Assembly: GCA_043822305.1 (NCBI GenBank)
Contig: JBDRBU010000025.1
Span: 1-10,493 of the forward strand
DNA from: Candidatus Firestoneibacteriota bacterium
Lineage (GTDB): Bacteria > Oederibacteriota > D2-FULL-39-29 > JBDRBU01
Direction: 5' to 3'
Length of the DNA: 10,493 nucleotides
Shown here: in pieces, positions 1-7,693 of the stretch
How the letters are laid out: each line of letters starts with the position of its first letter
How positions within the stretch are numbered: position 1 is the first letter of the stretch
Notes under the pieces: generated by a model
The model's input: the letters and a program-made list of their open reading frames with translations, nothing else
Database searches by the model: none
Told to the model about the DNA's origin: nothing
Program-made: the position numbers and the translations under genes

Positions 1-49
1 GACTTATTTCCATCTTTTCATTATAATTTATTTGTAGATTAAATATCAT
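1..49 (-). CDS. 5' end of a divergently transcribed gene running off the window edge (MIFNLQINYNEKMEIS...), product unknown
   Basis: Minus-strand ATG at 49-47 with an AAGGAG Shine-Dalgarno (62-57) 7 nt upstream. The frame is open to the window edge and a sigma70-like promoter lies upstream. Only 16 codons are visible. Confidence 0.6.
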   Translation of the reverse strand, partial: MIFNLQINYNEKMEIS

Positions 50-56
50 TAGGGTA

Positions 57-122
57 CTCCTTTCTTTTTAATTTTTATTGAGAGGGCCCTTTTGATTTAC
101 CACAATTTTTCATAAAAGTCAA
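57..122 (-). promoter_or_regulatory. Putative sigma70-type promoter plus RBS for the divergent gene
   Basis: Minus strand reads TTGACT (122-117), 17 nt ending in TGg, then TAAATC (99-94, imperfect extended -10), followed by AAGGAG at 62-57. Confidence 0.45.
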
Positions 123-139
123 AGATTTGATACACTATC

Positions 140-1288
140 CAACTTTTTACAGAAGCATTAAAAGAAAGAGCAACAGATATTCATTTTGAACCACAAGAAA
201 AAGGTTTAAGGATAAGATTTAGAGTGGATGGAATTTTAAGGGATGTTCCGATGCCTCCGGCACTTAAATTTTTCAAAGGTGCTATTATTTCAAGAATAAA
301 GATAATGTCTGAGATGAATATTGCCGAAAGGCGTCTCCCACAGGATGGAAGAATTGAGATTAAAACAGGTGGCAGACAGATTGATTGTAGAGTTTCGGTT
401 ATCACAACTTTATATGGCGAAGGAATAGTTTTAAGGATACTTGATAAATCAGCTGTTTTGTTTGGATTAGAAAAACTTGGGATGCGGCCGGATACTTTAA
501 AAATATTTACTAATCTTATTTCAAAACCCCATGGTATTATCCTGGTCACAGGTCCTACTGGAAGTGGAAAAACCACGACTCTTTATTCTGCACTTTCAAA
601 AATTAATTTACCGGAAAGAAAAATTATAACCATAGAAGAACCAATAGAATATCATCTGGCCGGGATAAATCAGATTCAAGTTAATGCAAAAATAGGTCTT
701 ACTTTTGCAAAAGGACTTCGACATATATTAAGGCATGACCCGAATATTATAATGATTGGAGAAATCAGGGATTTAGAAACAGCAGAAATAGCCATAAGAG
801 CATCTCTGACCGGGCATCTGGTTTTTGCTACATTACATACAAACGATGCTGCTGGTGCTATAACCAGACTAATTGATATGGGTATAGAGCCTTATCTTGT
901 GGCTTCATCTGTCGCCGGAATACTTGCTCAAAGACTTGTAAGATTAATATGTTCATCTTGTAAAAAAGCATATAAACCTGATGAGAGTTATTTAAAAGAT
1001 TTAAGATTAGAAATTAATAAAGGACAGGTTTTATATAAAGGAGTTGGTTGTGATAAATGTATAAATACAGGTCATTATGGAAGAACAGGTATATATGAGT
1101 TGTTGACCATCAATGAGCATCTGAAGAAGTTAATAGTGCAAAGGGCTATAACAAGCGTGATTAAATCTTCGGCTAAAGAATCAGGTATGAGAACTTTAAG
1201 AGATGATGGGTGGGAAAAAATTAAATCAGGCATGACGACCATTGATGAGATTGTTAAAGTAACGCAAGAGGATGAAATAGTTGAATAA
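140..1288 (+). CDS. gspE: Type II secretion/type IV pilus assembly ATPase (GspE/PilB family), apparently 5'-truncated; first canonical start is GTG at 224
   Basis: In frame upstream of 224: [18 protein letters not shown]...RIRFRVDG. Also ERRLPQDGR, Walker A GPTGSGKT (551-574), Asp box TIEEPIE, Walker B region [12 protein letters not shown], His box [10 protein letters not shown] and tetra-Cys CSSC...CDKC. The frame is bounded by TGA at 128-130. Confidence 0.93.
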   Translation, partial: QLFTEALKERATDIHFEPQEKGLRIRFRVDGILRDVPMPPALKFFKGAIISRIKIMSEMNIAERRLPQDGRIEIKTGGRQIDCRVSVITTLYGEGIVLRILDKSAVLFGLEKLGMRPDTLKIFTNLISKPHGIILVTGPTGSGKTTTLYSALSKINLPERKIITIEEPIEYHLAGINQIQVNAKIGLTFAKGLRHILRHDPNIIMIGEIRDLETAEIAIRASLTGHLVFATLHTNDAAGAITRLIDMGIEPYLVASSVAGILAQRLVRLICSSCKKAYKPDESYLKDLRLEINKGQVLYKGVGCDKCINTGHYGRTGIYELLTINEHLKKLIVQRAITSVIKSSAKESGMRTLRDDGWEKIKSGMTTIDEIVKVTQEDEIVE

Positions 1289-2384
1289 ATCGGGGATTAA
1301 AAAAGTTTTTCTATACTTTACTAAAAGGCTGAATTTTTTTTATCGTCCGCCAGTTAAATTGCATGATTTAAGTTCATTTGTTAGACAACTCGCGACAATG
1401 TTATCCGCTGGTGTGACACTATATCAAACACTTGTTATTCTTTATGATGGCCTGGGAGAGTCAAATCTAAAGAGAGCAATCTTTGATATAAAAGAAAAGA
1501 TTAAAAGGGGAACCTCTTTTTCGCAATGCCTTTCTTTTTATCCAGATATTTTTCCAACTTTGTTAGTTGGACTTGTTAAAGTAGGTGAAATGACAGGTGG
1601 ATTGGATTTAACCTTAACGAAGTATGCAGATTTACTTGAGTGGGAAGAAGAGTTTAAATCAAAGATGGCGACTATGTTAATCTATCCGGCTATTATGATT
1701 CTAATTGGCACTGTGGTGGTCGTATTTATTCTAACTTTTATTTTGCCAAAATTTGTTGTATTATTTACAGATTATAAACAAGCTCTTCCATGGCCTACTT
1801 TAATTCTTATGGGTCTGAGTAAGTTTTTTGCAAATTTTTGGTGGCTTATTCTTGTTTTGGTTGTAGGTGCTGCAATTTTTTTAAATATTTTTTTTAAGAC
1901 TGAAAATGGTAAAAAACAATTTGATAAAATGATACTTAACTTGCCTTTGATTGGTAATGCTATTCATAAATCCCTTATTTCTCGTTTTTCTTTTATTCTA
2001 AGTGTAATGTCAGGAAGTGGGGTTCCAATTCTTCAAGCACTTTCTACTACAAGTGAAAGTATAGGCAATAGGGTTTTATCAGGTTATTTAAGTACGGCCG
2101 CAAAAAATGTTGAAAGAGGGGATAGTTTATCAAATGCATTAAAAGATTTTTCTTTTTTCCCAAAACCTGTTATTCAGATGATTCGCGTAGGTGAAGAAAC
2201 AGGAAAGATTGAAAATGTATTAACTAAGATTGCTAGATCATATGAAAGAGAAATGGAAATAATAACAAGGAGGATTGTCATACTTTTAGAACCAATAGTT
2301 ATACTTTGTCTGGCCGTTGTTGTTGGGTTTGTAGCCATAGCCGTTTTACTCCCAATATTAAGTTTAAGTACTGTCGTAAAGTGA
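1281..2384 (+). CDS. gspF: Inner-membrane platform protein GspF/PilC
   Basis: [25 protein letters not shown]+TM, LPWPT and [12 protein letters not shown]+TM. Two T2SSF repeats and three hydrophobic segments. The TTG start overlaps the gspE end, with GAGGA upstream. Confidence 0.95.
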   Translation: MNKSGIKKVFLYFTKRLNFFYRPPVKLHDLSSFVRQLATMLSAGVTLYQTLVILYDGLGESNLKRAIFDIKEKIKRGTSFSQCLSFYPDIFPTLLVGLVKVGEMTGGLDLTLTKYADLLEWEEEFKSKMATMLIYPAIMILIGTVVVVFILTFILPKFVVLFTDYKQALPWPTLILMGLSKFFANFWWLILVLVVGAAIFLNIFFKTENGKKQFDKMILNLPLIGNAIHKSLISRFSFILSVMSGSGVPILQALSTTSESIGNRVLSGYLSTAAKNVERGDSLSNALKDFSFFPKPVIQMIRVGEETGKIENVLTKIARSYEREMEIITRRIVILLEPIVILCLAVVVGFVAIAVLLPILSLSTVVK

Positions 2385-2386
2385 AT

Positions 2387-2446
2387 CCCGCACCTTCTGG
2401 TGTGTGGGTAAATAATTGTTAAATAGTGTCCCTATTTAAGGAGGTG
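2387..2446 (+). promoter_or_regulatory. Two hairpins and a strong RBS in the gspF-gspG spacer
   Basis: Imperfect stem CCCGCACC-ttct-GGTGTGTGGG (2387-2408), perfect 8-bp stem TTAAATAG-tgtcc-CTATTTAA (2419-2439) and SD AAGGAGGTG (2438-2446). Confidence 0.5.
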
Positions 2447-2450
2447 TCAA

Positions 2451-2891
2451 ATGTTAAAAACTAACTCCAGAAGTGAAAGAGGGTTTACACTTATAGAGAT
2501 TTTAACGGTAATAGTTATTATCGCTATATTGGCCGGAGTACTTGTTCCAAGATTTGCAGGTAGGACAGAAGAAGCAAGGGTAGCCGCGGCCAAAGCAGAT
2601 ATTTCTGCTATAGAACTTGTTTTGGATGCATATGAAGCAGATAATGGTTTTTATCCATCCACTGAGCAAGGGCTTGATGCCTTAACTACTATTCCTATGT
2701 TTCCTCCAGTTCCAGTTAATTGGAAAGGTCCTTATTTGAAAAAGAAAGCAGGAAAAGATCCCTGGGGTAATCCTTATTTATATTCTTGTCCAGGTATGTA
2801 TAATATTAATATGTATGACCTTTATTCACTTGGCCGGGATGGTAAAGAAGGAGGAGAGGGTTTTGATGCGGATGTTACAAACTGGGCATAA
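2451..2891 (+). CDS. gspG: Major pseudopilin GspG
   Basis: Class III signal G|FTLIE, YEADNGFYPSTEQGLDAL, NWKGPYL, DPWGNPY and the C-terminal Ca-binding loop YSLGRDGKEGGEGFDADVTNW. Strong SD. Confidence 0.97.
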   Translation: MLKTNSRSERGFTLIEILTVIVIIAILAGVLVPRFAGRTEEARVAAAKADISAIELVLDAYEADNGFYPSTEQGLDALTTIPMFPPVPVNWKGPYLKKKAGKDPWGNPYLYSCPGMYNINMYDLYSLGRDGKEGGEGFDADVTNWA

Positions 2892-3393
2892 GAATAAAGG
2901 ATTTACATTTATAGAAATGGTAGTGGTTATATCAATAATTCTCTCTATATCTACACTTTTATCGATTTGGTTAGGGAATTTTTTGGCATCAAAGGAGCTG
3001 TATTTAGAAGCGATGAAGATTAGAGCCATGTCAGATCTTGCAAAAGAGTTATCTGGTTCACAGTGCGTAAACTTTAGGGTTTATTTTGATTTAGTTAATA
3101 ATAAATTCCAGATAGAAGGCTTTACTAATGATGGAGTATATAAAATGTATGAAAAGGTTAAAGCGAATAAATTAAAAGATTCTGTAACTATAAAAAGTTT
3201 TAATAGCCCAAGGAGTTTTTATTCTGATTTAGGTGGTGGACAGGGGGAGGATTATGTAACATTTTATCCGGATGGTAGTTGTGAGAATGCAAGTCTAATT
3301 TTACAAAACAAAAAAGGTGAAGTATATACAGTATGTTTTGCTTCTACATCTGGACTAATTAAAATTTATCCATATGAGATTTCTTACCAATAA
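2866..3393 (+). CDS. gspH: Minor pseudopilin GspH/FimT-like
   Basis: NKG|FTFIEMVVV prepilin motif, C-terminal VTFYPDGS and SGLIK motifs, and position after gspG. Start moved to ATG 2866 (alternative 2872) behind GGAGGAGAGG, overlapping the gspG end. Confidence 0.85.
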   Translation: MRMLQTGHKNKGFTFIEMVVVISIILSISTLLSIWLGNFLASKELYLEAMKIRAMSDLAKELSGSQCVNFRVYFDLVNNKFQIEGFTNDGVYKMYEKVKANKLKDSVTIKSFNSPRSFYSDLGGGQGEDYVTFYPDGSCENASLILQNKKGEVYTVCFASTSGLIKIYPYEISYQ

Positions 3394-3751
3394 AAAAGGA
3401 TTTATATTATTAGATGCACTTATAGGAGTTGGATTGCTGGGTATAGTCATCGTCTCCTGTTTACATGTTTTTTCAGAGGTTATTTATAGACTTGAAGAAA
3501 TGGAAAAAGAGACAGTGGCCATAACACTTGCCCAGAATAAAATGGAAGAATTAAGTATCCTGGATAAGTACGAGGATAATAACCATGGTGATTTTTCTCC
3601 AAATTATCCAGACTTTACATGGGCATCTGAAAGTAAATTATTAAAAGGCAGTCATTTCTATAAGTTAATAGATGTCCAACTTACGGTTTACTGGAAAATA
3701 AAAAGTGAACAAAGGAGTTTAGTTTTGCAGAATCATTTTTTATTAAGGTAA
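3374..3751 (+). CDS. gspI: Minor pseudopilin GspI/PilV-like
   Basis: KKG|FILLD plus hydrophobic helix, LAQNKMEEL, G.F..YPDFTW and VQLTVYW. Size (125 aa) and gene position fit. Confidence 0.85.
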   Translation: MRFLTNKKGFILLDALIGVGLLGIVIVSCLHVFSEVIYRLEEMEKETVAITLAQNKMEELSILDKYEDNNHGDFSPNYPDFTWASESKLLKGSHFYKLIDVQLTVYWKIKSEQRSLVLQNHFLLR

Positions 3752-3756
3752 CATAA

Positions 3757-4446
3757 ATGAAAAAGGGATATACGCTTATAGAATTAATGACGGCTCTTAT
3801 TATTATAACAATTGCTGGTTTATGTGTTTATAAGACTTTTACTTCTGGTTGGTTAGCCTGGGACAGTGCCATTAAGAGAGGAGAAGCACTTCAAAATGCA
3901 AGGTCTTTTATAAAAGTTTTAACAAAGGATTTAAAAACAGTTGTTGCGGCTGAGTCAGTAGTAAATGAAGAAGTTTTAAAAATATTAAAAGATGCTAAAA
4001 GAAATTATTTTAAACTAATTGGAGGAGAAAATTCATTAGAGATGATTTGTTATTCTAGGCCAGTAACTTATTACTGGCCTGAATATTTTCCGCGTAGATC
4101 TAGTATTTGCTATGTTAGTTATTATATTGCTTCTAATAGTGATGAAGAAACTTCTTTTTGCGTTTATAGGAAAGTTAAATGGGATAATGCTATTTTACCC
4201 TGGAAAGATGAGGAGATTGAAAAATTTGACGATATTCTAAATGTCCAATTTTCATTTTTAGATAGTGGTAAAAAAACCTGGGAAGTTTCCTGGAATACAG
4301 ATGAAATGATGAGACTTAAAGGATCTAGTTATACAGGACTTTTGCCAAGAGCTGTTAAGGTTAATATAACAAGTAAAGGTGGTAATCTTAAACCAGATGA
4401 GGTAAGATTAGAAACAATAGTTGCTCTACCTACATTTGAAAAGTAA
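3757..4446 (+). CDS. gspJ: Minor pseudopilin GspJ/PilW-like
   Basis: KKG|YTLIELM, LTKDLK, W..SW and C-terminal LPRAVKVNI. Position fits. Confidence 0.85.
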   Translation: MKKGYTLIELMTALIIITIAGLCVYKTFTSGWLAWDSAIKRGEALQNARSFIKVLTKDLKTVVAAESVVNEEVLKILKDAKRNYFKLIGGENSLEMICYSRPVTYYWPEYFPRRSSICYVSYYIASNSDEETSFCVYRKVKWDNAILPWKDEEIEKFDDILNVQFSFLDSGKKTWEVSWNTDEMMRLKGSSYTGLLPRAVKVNITSKGGNLKPDEVRLETIVALPTFEK

Positions 4447-4448
4447 TT

Positions 4449-5300
4449 ATGAACAAAAATAACGGTTACATAACTATAATGGTGATATGGGTTGCTGCTA
4501 TTTTAATTGTGCTTTCTTCAGGGTTGGTTATATATGTTTCTTTTCAACAAAGAGCATTAAAAAATTATATAAAAACAGTTAAAGCATCTTATATCGCCAA
4601 GACTGGTTTAAACGATGTTATGTTTGATTTTTTTTCAGAACTTAAATCAAAATTAAATGAAGGTGATATTACTCTAAGTGAAATTAACAATATGTATCAG
4701 AATATTCCTTTTGCCGATGGAGTATATTCTGCTATTATAGAAGATGAGAAGAGTAAGGCCAATATAAATACGGCCTCAAATCTTCTTTATAGGAATATTA
4801 TGAATCTTTTAGAGATTGATGATAGTGATAGAAAAGCAGAATCTATTTTAGTCTGGAGAAGAGAACATGGAGCATTTGCAACGGTTGAGGAATTAGGACT
4901 AATTTCTGATCTGGATACAAATGATTGTTTTAAATTAATACCTTACTGGACAACATATTCTTTAGGGACACCAGGAAGTTGTTCTATTAATGTTAATACA
5001 GCCTCAAGGATTATTTTAAAAGCCCACCTTGATGAATTTAAAGCAGTTCCCGGGACAGAAGAGAAACTTATTAAAAAAAGACCGTTTAAAAGTTTAGAGG
5101 CTATGGAGAAATATCTAAGAAAAATTTCACCAAATCTTAGTGAAAATATGGTAGGATATTTTACAACTAGCGAACCTGTACACAGGGTTTATGTTACTGG
5201 AAGTTTGGAAGGGAAATACATATCCAAGATTAATGCAGTCTTTTCATTATGGCTTAGAAAGCATGAACTTATATGCCTGCACTATTTCTGGCAGGAGTAG
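4449..5300 (+). CDS. gspK: Tip pseudopilin GspK/PilX-like with helix-hairpin-helix-type domain
   Basis: G|YITIMVIW (no E5, typical of GspK), YIAKTG, IEDEKSKANINTAS, FATVEEL, INVNTAS and RPFKS. Confidence 0.85.
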   Translation: MNKNNGYITIMVIWVAAILIVLSSGLVIYVSFQQRALKNYIKTVKASYIAKTGLNDVMFDFFSELKSKLNEGDITLSEINNMYQNIPFADGVYSAIIEDEKSKANINTASNLLYRNIMNLLEIDDSDRKAESILVWRREHGAFATVEELGLISDLDTNDCFKLIPYWTTYSLGTPGSCSINVNTASRIILKAHLDEFKAVPGTEEKLIKKRPFKSLEAMEKYLRKISPNLSENMVGYFTTSEPVHRVYVTGSLEGKYISKINAVFSLWLRKHELICLHYFWQE

Positions 5301-5344
5301 TTGAAGAAGTAGAAGAAGTGAGGAAAGTAAAAAAAGAAAGAAAC
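5300..5344 (+). repeat. Degenerate purine-rich 9-nt tandem repeat (intergenic)
   Basis: GTTGAAGAA GTAGAAGAA GTGAGGAAA GTAAAAAAA GAAAGAAAC. Confidence 0.6.
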
Positions 5345-5364
5345 AAAAACAAGAGAGAGATTAG

Positions 5365-6657
5365 ATGTTAAATAATAGATTTATACTAATAGAAATAGAT
5401 GGGGATTTGTTTAAATGCCTTGTGATTAAGAGAAAAGGTAAAACTAACTTTACAATTGAGAAAGCTTTTAAGACAGATTCAAAAGACACAAATTTTAAAG
5501 ATATTTTTAATGAATTTAAAAGAGATAAAATAATTTTATCATTTCCTAGGGAATTACTTATAATGAGAATGTTTAATGTGAAATCTTCAAATCCAGATGA
5601 TATATATTTAGAAGTGAAAAAGGAGATAGATGAAAGTCTACCATTTGAGAAAGAGATTCTGTGGGATGCGATAGATGTGAGGGAAGTGAAGAAAGTTGAA
5701 AAAGTGACTAAAGTGGAGAAAGGAAATAAGGTTTTGTTTGCGGCTACTAAAAAAGATACAATTAATCAATATTTAAACAAAATAAAAGAAACTGGATTGA
5801 CTGTAAAAAGTATTATTCCTTCTACTATAGCGTTAATAGGAGCATATCATTTAAGTCCTTCATATTCCAAAAAATCTACTTTATTGGTGTATGCAGGAAC
5901 TAAAAGAGCGGATTTGATAGTTTGTGAAAATGATACTATTTTAATGAGTAGAGGTGTAGAGTTTAAAAATGATGCAAATGAAGAAATGAAAGATAGTATT
6001 AAACAAACTATAAGTTCAATGAAACAGAATAATATCTCTATAGAAAGAGTTGTTTTAAATGATGTTGCGGATAAAATAAAAGATTTGACCAGTATAAAGG
6101 TTGAAAAATTTAAAGTACCTTCTGTAGAGGTAAATGATAAAAATATAGATTTTAAGGATTTTATTTTATGTGTTGGTCTTGGTCATGTGGTTACAGGATT
6201 AAATAAAATTTGTTTAGACCTCAATAAAAATAAAGTTGATAAATTAAAAAAGACACCTTTAAATAAGTTAATATTAAAAATTTCCTTAGGAATTTCTGTG
6301 GTCTTACTTTTACTTTCTTTTGTTTTCTTCGTACTTGGCAAGATAGAAGAAAATAGTTTAAGTAAGTTAAAAACCGAAGTAACAAGTCTGGGCTTAATCA
6401 GTGGTAAACCATGGTCTGAAGTTATTTCTAAGGTTTTTAAGTCAGTACCCGAAGGAGTTGTTTTAATTGAAGTATCTGGAGATGAAAGAGGCGAGATAGT
6501 AATTCGTGGCAATACTTCATTAAGAAAAGAAATAACAGAGTTACTTAATTCTTTAAATAAAATTCAGGGTTTTACATCAGAACTTAATTCTGCTAATGAA
6601 ATCAGTACTCTGGATAAGCAGTTGATTCAATTTCAAATTAAAATTCGAAAGAGGTAA
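5365..6657 (+). CDS. gspL: GspL-like alignment protein (PilM-like actin-fold cytoplasmic domain + TM + PilN-like periplasmic domain)
   Basis: ILIEID at the N-terminus, LPF..EILWD, VLFAATKK, GLTVKSIIPSTIAL, LLVYAG...DLIV, VGLG, a TM (ISLGISVVLLLLSFVFFVLG) and PilN-like PEGVVLIEVS...IVIRG...LLNSL. Position after gspK. Confidence 0.75.
   Translation: MLNNRFILIEIDGDLFKCLVIKRKGKTNFTIEKAFKTDSKDTNFKDIFNEFKRDKIILSFPRELLIMRMFNVKSSNPDDIYLEVKKEIDESLPFEKEILWDAIDVREVKKVEKVTKVEKGNKVLFAATKKDTINQYLNKIKETGLTVKSIIPSTIALIGAYHLSPSYSKKSTLLVYAGTKRADLIVCENDTILMSRGVEFKNDANEEMKDSIKQTISSMKQNNISIERVVLNDVADKIKDLTSIKVEKFKVPSVEVNDKNIDFKDFILCVGLGHVVTGLNKICLDLNKNKVDKLKKTPLNKLILKISLGISVVLLLLSFVFFVLGKIEENSLSKLKTEVTSLGLISGKPWSEVISKVFKSVPEGVVLIEVSGDERGEIVIRGNTSLRKEITELLNSLNKIQGFTSELNSANEISTLDKQLIQFQIKIRKR
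5677..5721 (+). repeat. In-frame degenerate 9-nt tandem repeat within gspL (VRE VKK VEK VTK VEK)
   Basis: GTGAGGGAA GTGAAGAAA GTTGAAAAA GTGACTAAA GTGGAGAAA. Confidence 0.65.
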
Positions 6658-6664
6658 ATACAAG

Positions 6665-7693
6665 ATGAATGATAAAAAAGTAATAAGAGAGAAAATTTTA
6701 ATTTCAATTGCAATTTCTCTTATTTTAATTTTTGGTATTTACTCTTTAGTTCTTGAACCAGCAGTAAATTGTTTTTCAAGTGCAAGAATTGAAAAGAACC
6801 AGATTAAAAAGATGCTTATTGATTTAAAAAAAGAGTATAAAGATGGGAAATTAGATGTAGTTTCAAAAGATAAAGTTGTAATTTTTGGTTTTAATTATTT
6901 AGGAGAAGTTACTGAAAAAAGTAAAATTAAACTTAAAGGTTCACAGGTAGTTGATACTCAAAGGGTAAAAGGAGTTTCGTCGTTTCAGATGAAATTTACT
7001 TCAAATGCTAATACTTTAACAAAATTTTTACATTTTTCAGAAAATACAGTTCCTCCTTTAATTATAAGTAATTTTAGAATTAGTTCAATCAGCGGTGGCT
7101 CTTTTGAAGGGATGAGGCAGTTAGAATGTTCAGCAATGGTTTCTGTAATTCCAAGAAATTTAAGTAAAAAGATTGTTTATCCGAATCTTGAGAAATACAT
7201 GTCTTTAACAAGGGACCCATTTTCGCCATTTGTTAAATCAGAGGTAAAAAAAGTTGAAACTCCGGTGACAGAAGAAGCACCACCACCACCACCGGCAAGT
7301 TGGATATTAAATGCAGCCATGAGTGATGATGAAGGAGATTACCTTATATTTACAAATAATGATAATAATGAATATATTGTAAATTTAAAAAAGGGAAAAG
7401 ACGCGAACGCGGGTTTTAAAATTAATAATGACGCTGATGAAGCGGTTAAAATTACTATTGGCCATGAGAATATTGAATGGACATTAGGAGAAACTAAATC
7501 ACAGGAGATTCTCCCTAAGGAATTAATAGATATTATAAACAAAAGTGAATCCGGTAAAGAAACTATATTGCCACAAGAATCTCAAGAAGAAAACAAAGAA
7601 GAAGCAGTGGATGATGCCATAAAACTTATTCCACAATTTGATAAACTGCCAGACAATATTAAAAAACAAATTAAAAATAGGAGGAGAAAATGA
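6665..7693 (+). CDS. Probable GspM/PilO-like protein fused to a PilP/GspC-like domain
   Basis: N-terminal REKIL+TM ending LEP, a coiled coil and a ferredoxin-like pattern (FQMKFTS...LTKFLHFSEN..PPLIISNFRI). Then RDPF (7211), a PPPPP linker and a beta-rich domain. Sits between gspL and gspD. Confidence 0.6.
   Translation: MNDKKVIREKILISIAISLILIFGIYSLVLEPAVNCFSSARIEKNQIKKMLIDLKKEYKDGKLDVVSKDKVVIFGFNYLGEVTEKSKIKLKGSQVVDTQRVKGVSSFQMKFTSNANTLTKFLHFSENTVPPLIISNFRISSISGGSFEGMRQLECSAMVSVIPRNLSKKIVYPNLEKYMSLTRDPFSPFVKSEVKKVETPVTEEAPPPPPASWILNAAMSDDEGDYLIFTNNDNNEYIVNLKKGKDANAGFKINNDADEAVKITIGHENIEWTLGETKSQEILPKELIDIINKSESGKETILPQESQEENKEEAVDDAIKLIPQFDKLPDNIKKQIKNRRRK

Noticed and set aside
113..130. 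TGA recoding to rescue the gspE N-terminus
   Set aside because: An in-frame TAA at 113-115 closes the frame anyway, and TGA serves as the normal stop of gspF and the M/C gene.
181..576. Minus-strand 131-aa ORF
   Set aside because: Antisense shadow of the conserved gspE, with no recognisable motifs.
2405..2426. dif/XerD-like ATTGTTAAAT
   Set aside because: Only a partial half-site match with no XerC arm. It is better explained as part of the hairpin upstream of gspG.
2815..2865. N-terminal extension of the gspH ORF as given in the track
   Set aside because: It overlaps the conserved gspG C-terminus. The SD and prepilin leader length favour ATG 2866 or 2872.
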